Below are positions 53,052-63,338 of a stretch of DNA of 64,000 nucleotides, piece by piece. The notes below the pieces were generated by a model that saw nothing but the letters and a program-made list of their open reading frames with translations, made no database searches and had not been told where the DNA came from. This stretch comes from Verrucomicrobiota bacterium (GTDB lineage: Bacteria; Verrucomicrobiota; Verrucomicrobiia; Limisphaerales; CANJXF01), in contig JBBQRQ010000010.1 of assembly GCA_038214755.1 (NCBI GenBank), positions 1 through 64,000 on the forward strand. The letters run 5' to 3'. A program made the position numbers and the translations under genes. Within the stretch, counting starts at the first letter, position 1; the number at the start of each line of letters is the position of its first letter.

Positions 53052-55685
53052 TCAGGCAAACCTCTCCGTGTCGAAGAAATTTCGGATTTCCTCCGCAGGA
53101 TTTTGCGCGATTAATTCCGCCGGAGTTTCATCGAACCAATCTTTCGGCAAATAATCAGCATACGGCGATTGCAAAAATCTTTGGCAAATCAGCGCGATGA
53201 CGCCGCGATCGGTTTCACTGCGAATCAGTCGTCCCGCCGCTTGAATGACGCGAGTCATGCCGGGTTGCAAATAGGCGTAGCCGAAACCGGCTTGCTCCTG
53301 CTCATCGAAATAGCGGCGCAACAATTCGCGCTCGAAGGAAACCTGGGGTAGCGCAGGCGACACAACAAAAACCCCGGACAGAAGTTCGCCGGGATAATCC
53401 ACGCCCTCGGCATACATCCCGCCGAGAACGGCAAAGAGAAGAACTTTTTCCGATTTCGCAGCGGACAACGCGCGGAAAATCTCCTGGCGTTCCACATCCG
53501 GAACGTTGGGCCGCTGCCGCAAAAGTCGCGCGGAAGTTGGCGGCATCAAATCGGCGACCTTGCTCAAAAAAGTATAGCTCGGAAATAAAGCCAGAACATT
53601 TCCGGGAACAGCGTCAGCCATTTCAGCGATCAGTTTGGCGATGCGCGGAAAGTTTTTTTCGCGCGCGGCAAAAGTCGTTCGCACTTGCGGGACAATTAAA
53701 ATTTTTCGGTTCTCGCGTGGAAACGGCGGCGGCAGAGAAATCGATTTGGTTTTCTCGCGCGCCAGACCCAAAACCCGTTGCGTCGTTTCAAAAGGTTGCA
53801 GCGTGGCGGAGAGAAAGATGGTGGACGCGGCGGACTTGAAAATCGGCGCGAGCGGTCGCGCGGGATCGAGGCAGACCAGCGCGAGTCGAATTCCTTTGTC
53901 CGTTCGCTCAACGACAGAGGTGAAACCGGGACCGAATAAATTTAGCGTCGCGAGAAATCGGTGTAGAGCAAAGTGGCAATCGAGGATAGAATCCTCCGCT
54001 GCGGCGATTTTGTTTTCGCGTTTCCAGGAAAGATACCGGATGAATCGCGGCTCCCACTCCTTCCAGATTTGGCGAAGTTCCTTGATTGGCGGCGTTGTTT
54101 CGGCGATGGCGGTTTCTCCCGACAATATTTCTGCCGTCGTGTGGAGCAGCGCGATGACGGACGCGAAGGTGTCGCGGATTTGATTGAACAAATAATCGGT
54201 TTGGTCAGCAGGCTGTTCCAAAGTGAAAAGCCCTTGTCCCAAATCTTTGTCCACAAAACGCTCGCCCTCACCCCGGCCCTCTCCCCCGAGGAGAGGGAGA
54301 ACGGTTCGCAGTTCGCGGGTGAATTTGGGTGGCGTTGGTTGTTGGTGCGGCGTTGATCGAAGGTTCCGCTGTGCGCGAATACTCCCTCTCCTGGGGGAGA
54401 GGGCTGGGGTGAGGGCGGACAATCCGGTGAGGGCGGGCAATCCCTCCCACGCGCTTTGAAAAATCTCCTCGCGCAGTTCCGGCGAAAAAATTTGTCGCGC
54501 GCGGTCCGCCAGATTGTGCGCTTCGTCCACAACTAGAATTTTATTTTCCAAATCTTCGAGTTGCTTCATCGAAACGCCCGGATCGAAAATGTAATTGTAA
54601 TCCGCCACAACGGCATCGGCGCGTGCAGCCAATTCCAGTTGCACTTCAAAGGGGCAAACTTTTTCGCGTTTGGCTTCTGCAAAAACGGCGCTCGGATCGT
54701 GGTGCGTTTGCGTTTCGCGCAGGCGTTCGAGCAGTCCGGATTTCTCCATTTTCTCAGGATAATTTTTTGCGTATGGACAAAAATCTTCGTGGCAAATCAC
54801 CCGGTCATTGGCGCACATTTTTTCTTTCGAGCGCATTTGCAACGTGCGGAATCCACCTTCCCGATTCATGGCGACGAGCGCGTCTGACGCCATTTTCTGC
54901 TGCAATGTTTTTGCGGTGAGAAAGAAAAGTTGTTTCCCGCTCGACAGCGCTTCCACCAGGGCTGGATGAATTCCGGCGGCAGTTTTTCCAGAACCGGTCG
55001 GCGCTTCCGCCAGCAAATTTTCGCGCACCCAGACCGCTTGTTGGACGGCGTCGATCAATTTCACCTGACCGGGCCGAGGCGAGTCGTGCGGAAACGGGAG
55101 ATGCGCGGCAATCGTCGCCTTTTTTTTGCGAATGATTTCTTCGGATTTCCAAACGGCCACGAGACGTCGAAGTCGCGATTCGATTTCTTTTTGTTGCGCT
55201 GCTTCGTCGTAGGAAATTTCAAACGGAAATTCTTTTCCCGTCGCGAGATCAACGTAAACGAGAGAACCGAAGATGGGCGAGTGACCGAGTTGCCGCCAGA
55301 GATGGCAATAAATTAAAAGCTGTCGGCAGTGGCGCTCGAAACTTTGTCCGAAAGGCCGGACGTGCGCGGAGGGCGAATAGGAGGACTTAAATTCTTCGAT
55401 GAGCCATGAGCCGTCGTCGCGTTGAAAACATCCGTCGAGCCGGCCCGTGACGATGGCCGTCCAATCGCCGAGGGAAAATTTTGTTTCGAGAGAAATCTCA
55501 CGGGAATATTTGACGTCGGCCTGGCAGCGTTTTTCCAAAATCCCCGTGTGCAATTCCGCGCCGAGTCCAAGGCGGTTCCAGGATTCGCCGCGCTCAAATC
55601 CGATGCGATGAAAGCCTTCCTCTTCCGTCAGTTCGCGGACGGATACGGTCAGAATTTTTGTCGCTTCATCAAATCTCAACGGCAT
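53052..55685 (-). CDS. DinG/XPD-family Fe-S helicase with N-terminal PD-(D/E)XK nuclease-like domain
   Basis: GRLDG..IEEFKS..QLLIY; RPGQ, EAPTGSGKT, Cys cluster, ADYNY, VDEAHN, SATL, EGVD, QAAGRLIRSETDRG. Confidence 0.9.
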   Translation of the reverse strand: MPLRFDEATKILTVSVRELTEEEGFHRIGFERGESWNRLGLGAELHTGILEKRCQADVKYSREISLETKFSLGDWTAIVTGRLDGCFQRDDGSWLIEEFKSSYSPSAHVRPFGQSFERHCRQLLIYCHLWRQLGHSPIFGSLVYVDLATGKEFPFEISYDEAAQQKEIESRLRRLVAVWKSEEIIRKKKATIAAHLPFPHDSPRPGQVKLIDAVQQAVWVRENLLAEAPTGSGKTAAGIHPALVEALSSGKQLFFLTAKTLQQKMASDALVAMNREGGFRTLQMRSKEKMCANDRVICHEDFCPYAKNYPEKMEKSGLLERLRETQTHHDPSAVFAEAKREKVCPFEVQLELAARADAVVADYNYIFDPGVSMKQLEDLENKILVVDEAHNLADRARQIFSPELREEIFQSAWEGLPALTGLSALTPALSPRRGSIRAQRNLRSTPHQQPTPPKFTRELRTVLPLLGGEGRGEGERFVDKDLGQGLFTLEQPADQTDYLFNQIRDTFASVIALLHTTAEILSGETAIAETTPPIKELRQIWKEWEPRFIRYLSWKRENKIAAAEDSILDCHFALHRFLATLNLFGPGFTSVVERTDKGIRLALVCLDPARPLAPIFKSAASTIFLSATLQPFETTQRVLGLAREKTKSISLPPPFPRENRKILIVPQVRTTFAAREKNFPRIAKLIAEMADAVPGNVLALFPSYTFLSKVADLMPPTSARLLRQRPNVPDVERQEIFRALSAAKSEKVLLFAVLGGMYAEGVDYPGELLSGVFVVSPALPQVSFERELLRRYFDEQEQAGFGYAYLQPGMTRVIQAAGRLIRSETDRGVIALICQRFLQSPYADYLPKDWFDETPAELIAQNPAEEIRNFFDTERFA
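54263..54417. repeat. REP-like palindrome, family I, in frame inside the DinG helicase
   Basis: cgccctcaccccggccctctcccccgaggagagggag ... ctccctctcctgggggagagggctggggtgagggcg; encodes ALTPALSPRRGS...LPLLGGEGRGEG. Confidence 0.88.
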
Positions 55686-55764
55686 GGCTGGAGTTTAGCA
55701 CGTGAGATGTTTTTGGCCGAAGGATTTGTCGCCGGCGTTGCGCCGTTCCAGCATCGTCGAAATT

Positions 55765-56127
55765 CGCGGAGCGTCTTGGACTGCGGTAGTCCTCTACCGC
55801 TTTTTAGAGTTAGCCGTTCAAAGCGCCAGAGGACTGGCGCAGTCCAAGACGCTTCGCGCAGTTCGTGTTCGATGTGGGAAAAATTAAACCCGAACGTTGA
55901 ACATCGAAATGATTTCGCACCCGCCGGAGGCAGAGGCTACCCGTCCAAAGCGGGTGTGTTTACAAGTGGCGTTCACGTAGCGCAGGATTGCATCCTGCGG
56001 TATCGCCGGTTTGAAACCGGCTGAACGTCGCAAATAGAAAAAGTCTTTGGTTTTCGAAAGTCTCCCGTTCTGGCGGCATCTCGCAGGTTGAAAACCTGCG
56101 ATACGGCAGGATGCAATCCTGCGCTAC
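55765..56127. repeat. Cluster of three repeat families: REP-B, heptamers plus REP-E arm, REP-A
   Basis: B at 55765-55858; ttcgatg/aacatcgaa plus E right arm at about 55862-55943; A doublet at 55977-56127. Confidence 0.88.
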
Positions 56128-56178
56128 TAACGCGGCGCGCTTGACGTTCATTTCCTCGCGTTTACTATCGAAATCGCC

Positions 56179-57144
56179 ATGAGAATTTCTCGAATTATTT
56201 TTGCCGCGTCGCTTTGTTTTGGCGGAATCGTTCAAGCCGCCCTCGTCAACGGGATCAACGCGGTGGTCAACGACGCGGTCATTACCTACGATCAGGTTGA
56301 GCGCGGTCTGGCGCCGTTCTACGAAATTATCCAGCGGCAATATCGCAACGAGCCGGCGGTTTTGGAACAGAAGCTCCAGGAATTGCGCACGCGGCAAATG
56401 GAAGAGTTGGTCGAGCGGCAACTGATTTTGGCGGAGTTCAAACGCGCTGGATATAATTTGCCGGAAAGTTTTATTGACGACGCGGTGCGCGAGGAGATTC
56501 GCAAAAATTTTTACGGAGACCGCGCGAAGATGACCAAGACGCTCCAGGCGGAAGGGCTGACTTTTGAAGCGTTTCGCCAGCAGCAGCGCGAAAAAATCAT
56601 CGTCGATTATTTGCGGCAACAAAATCTTTCCGCGCAAAAAATTTTAATTTCTCCTTACAAAATCGAGACCTATTACAAAGAGCATCAGGACGATTTCAAA
56701 TTAAGCGACCAGATAAAAGTGCGCATGATTGTGCTCAATCAACCCGAAAACGCGCCGCCGGGCACGGCGAAAAAAATCGCGGAGGAAGTTTTGAAAAAAG
56801 TTGAAGAAGGCGCTTCGTTCGCGGAGATGGCGACGATCTATTCTCAAAGCTCACAGCGGAGTGAAGGCGGAGATCGCGGCTGGATCGAGCGGGGCAAGAG
56901 CGATTTGAAAAAAGAATTGGTCGATGCGGCGTTCGCGCTCAAGGCGGGTCAAAGAAGCGGGGTCATCGAATTTCCAGAAGCCTGTTTTTTAATTCAAGTG
57001 GATGAAGTTCGTCCGACTCATATCCGCTCGCTCGATGAAGTGCGCGCGGAAATCGAAAAAACTTTGATGAACCAGGAGTCGGCCCGCTTGCACAAAAAGT
57101 GGATCGATCGGCTCAAGAGCAAAGCCTACGTGCGATATTTTTGA
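56179..57144 (+). CDS. SurA/PrsA-like parvulin peptidyl-prolyl isomerase
   Basis: Signal peptide, INAVVNDAVIT, SFAEMA..YS..GGDRGW, RLKSKAYV; precedes pdxA. Confidence 0.85.
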   Translation: MRISRIIFAASLCFGGIVQAALVNGINAVVNDAVITYDQVERGLAPFYEIIQRQYRNEPAVLEQKLQELRTRQMEELVERQLILAEFKRAGYNLPESFIDDAVREEIRKNFYGDRAKMTKTLQAEGLTFEAFRQQQREKIIVDYLRQQNLSAQKILISPYKIETYYKEHQDDFKLSDQIKVRMIVLNQPENAPPGTAKKIAEEVLKKVEEGASFAEMATIYSQSSQRSEGGDRGWIERGKSDLKKELVDAAFALKAGQRSGVIEFPEACFLIQVDEVRPTHIRSLDEVRAEIEKTLMNQESARLHKKWIDRLKSKAYVRYF

Positions 57145-57153
57145 AGTGAGACG

Positions 57154-57224
57154 GTAGCCGCTGACGTGAGGAGGCGGATCCCTGGTCGTTAAGTCAAAAT
57201 CCGCCTCCTCACATCGGCGGCTAC
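57154..57224. repeat. REP doublet, family D
   Basis: gtagccgctgacgtgaggaggcggat ... atccgcctcctcacatcggcggctac. Confidence 0.85.
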
Positions 57225-57259
57225 AAGCGCACAATTCAAATCACCATGTCGAAATTTTT

Positions 57260-58252
57260 ATGACCGGTTGGATTGCTATTTCGCTCGGAGACGTGACCGG
57301 CATCGGGCCGGAAGTCACGCTCAAGGCCCTCGCGGCGGAAATGACTGCGGATGATTGCCGCTATCTTCTCATCGGAGATGTTGAACTCACTCAACGTCTC
57401 AACCAAACACTCGGTTTGAACCTCCCATTGGAAACAGATGATCCACAAAAATCCTTGGGCCGTTTTTGTGTGCACAATCCACTGCCCGATTCTCTGCCGA
57501 AAGAATTGTCGCCCGGTTCCCCCGTCGCGGCACGAGCGGCCATCGCCTGGTTGACCGATGGAGCGCAACGCTGTTTGCGATTGGAGACGGAAGCGCTGGT
57601 CACTGCGCCATTGAGCAAGGAATCGATTTTGCGCAGCGGCCAGCCGTTCATCGGGCAAACGGAATTTCTCTCTCAACTCGCCGGCACAAACCAAACCGCC
57701 ATGATGTTGCTCGGACAGGATGATCGTGGCCGCTGGTTGCGGGTGGCTTTGGCGACGACGCATCTCCCGCTGAAACTGGTCGCAACTCAATTGCGCGGGG
57801 AGAAAATCGAATTGGCCATTTCCCTCGCGGCCAAAGCGTGTCGAGACCTCGGCTTGGCGCGAGCGCGGATCGGCGTTTGCGCACTCAACCCTCACGCCGG
57901 CGAAGGAGGAGAATTGGGCACGGAAGAAACTGTTTTGATTGCGCCAGTGGTCGAGGCCGCACGGCAAAATGGGTTGGACGTGTCTGGACCATTCGCGGCT
58001 GACTCGCTTTTTCATCACGCCTATCGCGGCGACTACGACGCGGTGGTGGCGATGTATCACGACCAGGGTTTGATCCCGCTGAAAATGATCGCGTTCGACA
58101 ATGGAGTGAATTGGACTTTGGGTTTGCCGTTTGTCAGGACTTCGCCCGATCACGGCACGGCTTACGACATTGCCGGGAAAGGCTGCGCCAATCCTTCCAG
58201 CATGATCTCCGCGATTCGTTTGGCCAAACAATTGGCTCGACGCGGCAATTAA
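57260..58252 (+). CDS. pdxA: 4-hydroxythreonine-4-phosphate dehydrogenase
   Basis: SLGDVTGIGPEV, VTAPLSK, LNPHAGEGG, MYHDQGLIPLK, RTSPDHGTAYDIAGKG. Confidence 0.96.
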   Translation: MTGWIAISLGDVTGIGPEVTLKALAAEMTADDCRYLLIGDVELTQRLNQTLGLNLPLETDDPQKSLGRFCVHNPLPDSLPKELSPGSPVAARAAIAWLTDGAQRCLRLETEALVTAPLSKESILRSGQPFIGQTEFLSQLAGTNQTAMMLLGQDDRGRWLRVALATTHLPLKLVATQLRGEKIELAISLAAKACRDLGLARARIGVCALNPHAGEGGELGTEETVLIAPVVEAARQNGLDVSGPFAADSLFHHAYRGDYDAVVAMYHDQGLIPLKMIAFDNGVNWTLGLPFVRTSPDHGTAYDIAGKGCANPSSMISAIRLAKQLARRGN

Positions 58253-58337
58253 TTTGCGGAAGAAATTCAGCAGGAGCAAACCGAAGTAAATGATAAGACC
58301 TTTGCTCTTCAAGCAACGATGGGCCAAGCCGGATTCG

Positions 58338-59126
58338 TTAATTTAAGAACCCGGTCAACGGACTGGTCGCACTCGCCATTTCCGATTCCGCAGCCAAGCC
58401 GATTTCATAAGCGTCACGCCCGCACTCGACCGCCATTCTAAATGCATTCGCCATACGCAACGGATCGGACGCGACGGCGATGGCGGTGTTGACCAGCACG
58501 GCATCCGCGCCCATTTCCATCGCGGCGGCGGCGTGGCTGGGGGCGCCGAGTCCAGCATCCACCACCACCGGGACGGTGGCTTGCACGATAATGATTTCAA
58601 TTTGCGCGCGCGTTTCGATGCCGCGATTTGAACCGATGGGCGAACCGAGCGGCATTACCGTCGCGACACCGATGTCCTGCAAACGTTTGGCCAAAACGGG
58701 ATCGGCATTGATGTAGGGCAAAACGACGAAACCTTCGCGCACCAAAATTTCGGCGGCTTTAAAAGTCTCGACGGGATCGGGCAGCAAGTAGCGCGGGTCG
58801 GGATGAATTTCCAGTTTGATCCAGTTGGGCAAACCGGCGGCAACGGCCAGGCGTGAGAGGCGAACCGCTTCATCGGCATTCATGGCGCCGCTGGTGTTTG
58901 GGAGGAGAAGATATTTTTTCGCGTCGATGAATTCCAAAATATTCGCGAAAGGATCGCCTTTGCCGCTCAAGTCCGCGCGACGCAAGGCGACGGTTACGAT
59001 CTCCGTTCCGCTGGCGGCCAAAGTTTGGCGCATAACTTCGGGCGCTGAAAACTTTCCGGTGCCGAGGAACAGACGCGAGCGGAATTGCCGGCCCGCAATC
59101 GTGAGTGAATTTTTTGCAAGCGACAT
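58338..59126 (-). CDS. thiG: Thiazole synthase
   Basis: [49 protein letters not shown]. Confidence 0.96.
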   Translation of the reverse strand: MSLAKNSLTIAGRQFRSRLFLGTGKFSAPEVMRQTLAASGTEIVTVALRRADLSGKGDPFANILEFIDAKKYLLLPNTSGAMNADEAVRLSRLAVAAGLPNWIKLEIHPDPRYLLPDPVETFKAAEILVREGFVVLPYINADPVLAKRLQDIGVATVMPLGSPIGSNRGIETRAQIEIIIVQATVPVVVDAGLGAPSHAAAAMEMGADAVLVNTAIAVASDPLRMANAFRMAVECGRDAYEIGLAAESEMASATSPLTGFLN

Positions 59127-59197
59127 TCTCGGCGAAGATAGGCCGCAGCAACCGGGGTTGTCGAGGCGTGTTGCTCAAGGTGAACCGGCGACACATC

Positions 59198-59328
59198 GTA
59201 GCGCAGCTTTGCAAGCTGCCGTATCGCAGGTTTTCAACCTGCGGCGGTTTCGATGTTTCGAGGGCGAGGTTTTTCAGCGTCCTGCCGGTTGCAAACCGGC
59301 GATACGGCAGGTTGCAAACCTGCGCTAC
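59198..59328. repeat. REP doublet, family A, upstream of RAYT
   Basis: gtagcgcagctttgcaagctgccgtatcgcagg ... cgatacggcaggttgcaaacctgcgctac. Confidence 0.9.
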
Positions 59329-59375
59329 GGTCAAAACAATTGAATCTTTTGGGGCCAATTCGTAATTTCGCATAC

Positions 59376-60083
59376 ATGTTCAGGCCGGAACCGAATCCAA
59401 AACTTCAGCGCGTCGAATATGAGTTGCGGTCGGACGGCGCGCCGCGCGAAACACCCAATAAACTTCGCAGCGGAATTCATAGCCGCGGTTTTTTGCCGCA
59501 TGTAAAACGCGAGGGCGCAAGTTATTTCGTCACGTTCAGATTAGCCGACAGTTTGCCCAGAGAAATTTTGTTGGCATTTCAGCAGAAGCGCGCGGAACGA
59601 ATCCGCGCGTTGGGACAGGTGAAGCAACCAACGGACACACTGGAACTCATCGAACGAGATTATCAGCGCGACTTGGAACGTTATCTGGACAAGGGAACCG
59701 GTGAGTGCTGGCTGCGGCAACCGGAAACTGCCGATGTGGTCGCCGCAGCATTGCGCCACTTCGAAGGGGAGCGCTACGAAGTGCGCGCATGGGTCGTCAT
59801 GCCCAACCACGTTCACGCTGTGGTTTGGCCCATGTCCAATCATCTGCTCGGAGATATTCTTCATAGCTGGAAACGGTTCACGTCTCGCGAAGCAAATAAA
59901 GTTTTGGCAAGGACGGGCCAGGACTTCTGGCAACGGGAATCGTAAGATCATTGGATTCGCGACGATGAAGAAAAAGCGCGCATCGTTCGTTACATCATAA
60001 ATAATCCCGTCAAAGCAGGCTTGTGTCGCGCGCCCGAAGATTGGCGTTGGAGCAGCGCGTGGCAAAGCGGCGCAGCATCGTAG
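59376..60083 (+). pseudogene. REP-associated tyrosine transposase (RAYT, HUH Y1 family) with in-frame TAA
   Basis: YFVTFRLADSLP, AWVVMPNHVHAVV (HUH), FWQRES*DHWIRD...YIINNPVKAGL...WRWSS; stop at 59943-59945 where a Tyr/Phe is typical. Confidence 0.9.
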
Positions 60084-60213
60084 CGCAGGATTGCATCCTG
60101 CCGTATCGCAGGTTTTGAACCTGCAGCGGTTTCGATGATTCGAGTGGGCCGAGTTTTTCCCACGTCCTGCCGGTTGCAAACCGGCGATACAGCAGGATGC
60201 AATCCTGCGCTAC
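60080..60213. repeat. REP doublet, family A, downstream of RAYT
   Basis: gtagcgcaggattgcatcctgccgtatcgcagg ... cgatacagcaggatgcaatcctgcgctac; its GTAG contains the RAYT TAG. Confidence 0.9.
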
Positions 60214-60269
60214 GGTTCTGCGAATCCCCTCTTGCGCGAGAAATTCTGTTGCCGTAGTTTTTGCAAATT

Positions 60270-61409
60270 ATGGATGACAATATACCGCCTTCCGGGACTC
60301 CGCCGTTCGCAACTCCACCGTCACCTCCGCCGATCATCGCGCCGCCACCGTCAACGCGCCCTCGAAAAACCGGACGCGGTTGGAAAATTTTTTCACTGCT
60401 TTTGCTGATCGCGCTGGGATTCAGTTTGGTGCGCAACGCGCGCTCCTTTTTCGGCGGATTTGCCCCGTCCGGTCGCGCTGTTCCCCAAGGCGAACAGCGT
60501 CTCGATGAAATCGTACTCGAAGATAATCACTCGAACAAAAAAATCGCGATCATCGAAGTGGAAGGAATCATCGCCAGCTACCCGATGGGGCGAAGCGGAC
60601 GCAGCATGGTTGAATCAATCCAGGACCAACTGAAGAGCGCGGCGCATGATCCGAAAGTGCGGGCCGTGGTGCTGAAAATTAATTCTCCCGGCGGCGAAGT
60701 GCTGGCCTCGGATGAGATTTATAATTTGATCCGCGATTTCCAAATCGAAAATAAAAAACCAGTCGTCGCGTCGATGGGATCATTGGCCGCTTCCGGCGGT
60801 TATTATATTTCCGCGCCGTGCCGCTGGATCGTGGCCAATGAAATGACCATCACCGGCAGCATCGGCGTCATCATGCACGGTTACAATTACCGCGGGCTGA
60901 TGGATAAAATTGGGCTGCGTCCCGAAGTTTACAAAAGTGGCAAACACAAAAATATGTTGAGCGGCGATCGCAAGGAAGACGAAATTCCCGACGACGAACG
61001 CGAAATGGTCCAGTCATTGATCATGGAAACCTACGGAAAATTTACCAACGTGGTCGCAACGGGTCGTCGCGAAGCCAATAATTCTAATAAAGGCAAAGGT
61101 CATTCGCTCGCCTCGGATTGGATTGATTACGCAGACGGCCGGGTCGTTTCTGGAAAGCAGGCGTTGGACCTCGGGCTGATCGATGAACTGGGGAATTTCA
61201 GAAAAGCCGTGGAGCGCGCGGGCGAACTTGGGCACGCCGAAAAAGCCAATTTGATCCACTACGAAGAACCATTTGGTCTGGGAAATCTTTTCAGACTTTT
61301 TGGCAAGACCGAAATGCCTGCGGCAACGATCAAAGTTGATCTCGGCCTTGATTTCCCCAAATTGCAAATCGGCCGTCTTTATTTTATCGCGCCCATTACT
61401 TTGCCTTGA
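60270..61409 (+). CDS. sppA: Signal peptide peptidase SppA (S49)
   Basis: INSPGGEV, KPVVASMGSLAASGGYY, TGSIGVI, KSGKHK, DGRV..G.QA...GLIDELG. Confidence 0.93.
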   Translation: MDDNIPPSGTPPFATPPSPPPIIAPPPSTRPRKTGRGWKIFSLLLLIALGFSLVRNARSFFGGFAPSGRAVPQGEQRLDEIVLEDNHSNKKIAIIEVEGIIASYPMGRSGRSMVESIQDQLKSAAHDPKVRAVVLKINSPGGEVLASDEIYNLIRDFQIENKKPVVASMGSLAASGGYYISAPCRWIVANEMTITGSIGVIMHGYNYRGLMDKIGLRPEVYKSGKHKNMLSGDRKEDEIPDDEREMVQSLIMETYGKFTNVVATGRREANNSNKGKGHSLASDWIDYADGRVVSGKQALDLGLIDELGNFRKAVERAGELGHAEKANLIHYEEPFGLGNLFRLFGKTEMPAATIKVDLGLDFPKLQIGRLYFIAPITLP

Positions 61410-61413
61410 ACGC

Positions 61414-62037
61414 GTGAAAGGGGTCACGGTCATCACCCATCCTCTGGTGCAGCATAATCTCACGCGGCTGCGCGACGAGCGCACCGAGCCGCAGGAATTT
61501 CGCCGCGCCCTTCGCGAGATCGCCGCGCTGATGGTGCATGAAGCCACTCGCTCGTTCGCAGTGAAACCGATCACAGTCAAAACTCCGATCGGCCGCACGC
61601 GGGGTTGCCAACTGCAACGCGAAGTTGTTCTTGTGCCGATTCTGCGGTCGGGATTGGGCATGCTCGATTCCATTTTAGAATTAATTCCGCACGCGCGCGT
61701 CGGGTTCATCGGATTGAAACGCGAAGAAGAAACTTTGCTGGCGACGTCGTACCACAAAAGTTTGCCGGAAGATTTGAGTGACTTTGAAGTGCTCTTGATT
61801 GATCCGATGCTGGCCACGGGCGGAAGCACCGTCGCAGCGGTCGAGTTGTTGCGCGAACGCAAAGCGAAACATTTGCGAATGGTGAATTTGATCGCCGCTC
61901 CCGAAGGCATTGCCCATGTCCGAAAACATTGCGGCAACTTTCCGATTTTTACGGCAGCGATTGATCGTTGCTTGAATAAAAAAGGCTACATCGTTCCGGG
62001 CTTGGGCGATGCGGGTGATCGCTTGTTTGGGGTTTAG
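61414..62037 (+). CDS. upp: Uracil phosphoribosyltransferase
   Basis: HPLVQH.LT.LRD, PILRSGLGM, DPMLATGGS, GYIVPGLGDAGDRLFG; GTG start. Confidence 0.96.
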   Translation: MKGVTVITHPLVQHNLTRLRDERTEPQEFRRALREIAALMVHEATRSFAVKPITVKTPIGRTRGCQLQREVVLVPILRSGLGMLDSILELIPHARVGFIGLKREEETLLATSYHKSLPEDLSDFEVLLIDPMLATGGSTVAAVELLRERKAKHLRMVNLIAAPEGIAHVRKHCGNFPIFTAAIDRCLNKKGYIVPGLGDAGDRLFGV

Positions 62038-62047
62038 AATTATTCCT

Positions 62048-63181
62048 ATGAATCGGGACAATCTCCTCATCGTGGCCGATAGCGAGCACGACGCGAACAT
62101 GCTTTACGCCGTCGGCATGTTTGTGCCGGACCCATTTATTTTTTTGCGCGTGCTCGGCAAATCTCACGTGGTGATGAACGATTTGGAAATCGACCGCGCC
62201 CGAAAACAAGCGGGGCAATGTCGCGTGATTTCCTTGAGTCAATATCAGCGGAAATTAAAACGGCTTGGGAAAAAATCCCCCGGTCTGGCCCAAGTCATTC
62301 ATCTGTTGCTTCGCGAAAAACGACTCAAGAAAGTTTTCGTCCCCAATAATTTCCCACACGGGCTGGCGCGGGAATTGCGCCGCCTGAGAATCAAAATCAA
62401 AGTTCGTGAAGGCGCGTTTTTTCCGCAACGCGAAATTAAAACGGCGGACGAAATAAAAAAAATCAGCGCGGCGCTGATGATGGCGGAAGTCGGTTTGGCC
62501 GAAGGAATCCACGCGATTAAATCCGCAAAAATTTCCGTGAAAGATCGCAAGTTGATTTATCACAACGTGCCGCTCACCTCTGAAAAACTGCGCGCCATTA
62601 TCGACGTTGCCATTATTCAGGCAGGCGGATTGGCCAGCCACACCATCGTGGCCGGCGGCAAGCAAGGTTGCGATCCGCATGAGTGTGGTCATGGCCTTTT
62701 GCGCGCCAACGAGCCGATCATTCTCGATGTTTTTCCGCGCTCGCAAAAAACCGGTTACTTCGGGGACATCACGCGCACGGTGGTCAAAGGCCGCGCCAGC
62801 GAAGCGATTCGCAAACTTTATCGCACCGTCGAGCAAGGGCAGAAAATCGCGTTCCAAAAAATTCGGCACAACGCTTCCGGCAAAGAAATTCATGAGGCGA
62901 TCCAGAAATTTTTTGAAAGCCAAGGTTACAAAACGGGAAAAAGCAAAGGGCGGATGCGCGGATTTTTTCACGGAACCGGTCACGGACTTGGCCTGGAAAT
63001 ACATGAAGCGCCCAGGATGGGTTCAAGTTCCAATGACGTTTTGAAAACGGGCCACGTGGTGACGGTTGAGCCGGGACTTTACTACCCCGAACTCGGCGGG
63101 GTTCGTTTGGAAGATGTCGCTCACGTCACCGCCACGGGAATGCGTAATCTGACGAAGTTTGAAAAAGCTCTCGAAGTTTAG
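62048..63181 (+). CDS. Xaa-Pro peptidase family M24
   Basis: REIKTADEI, DPH, DVFP..GYFGDITRT, HGTGHGLGLEIHEAP, TVEPGLY, GVRLED. Confidence 0.92.
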   Translation: MNRDNLLIVADSEHDANMLYAVGMFVPDPFIFLRVLGKSHVVMNDLEIDRARKQAGQCRVISLSQYQRKLKRLGKKSPGLAQVIHLLLREKRLKKVFVPNNFPHGLARELRRLRIKIKVREGAFFPQREIKTADEIKKISAALMMAEVGLAEGIHAIKSAKISVKDRKLIYHNVPLTSEKLRAIIDVAIIQAGGLASHTIVAGGKQGCDPHECGHGLLRANEPIILDVFPRSQKTGYFGDITRTVVKGRASEAIRKLYRTVEQGQKIAFQKIRHNASGKEIHEAIQKFFESQGYKTGKSKGRMRGFFHGTGHGLGLEIHEAPRMGSSSNDVLKTGHVVTVEPGLYYPELGGVRLEDVAHVTATGMRNLTKFEKALEV

Positions 63182-63338
63182 AATTCAACTGGTGGCTGGA
63201 AGCTCCCGTAACCGGCACGCAAGATTCGTGCGCTACGTGGCGCAGGCTTCTGCAAGGTTAGGGTGGTTCCCCGCCGCCAGTTTCATCGAACATCTCGGTT
63301 GCAAATGAGTCCAACACGGAGAAATTAGAAATCGAATT

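Noticed and set aside
53052..55685. CasDinG or Cas4 fusion of a type IV CRISPR system
   Set aside because: No csf/cas genes or array nearby; the architecture fits a stand-alone nuclease-DinG helicase.
59127..59197. TPP riboswitch upstream of thiG
   Set aside because: No CTGAGA or matching TPP core seen here or near the thiC fragments.
59943..59945. Programmed readthrough or recoding of the RAYT stop
   Set aside because: The codon is TAA, used as a normal stop throughout the window; a point mutation or read error is simpler.
63255..63320. Fluoride or yybP-ykoY riboswitch upstream of htpX
   Set aside because: Only a loose gcaaatgagtccaac resemblance; the required 5' consensus and pairing were not found. 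63191-63250 looks like a decayed REP.
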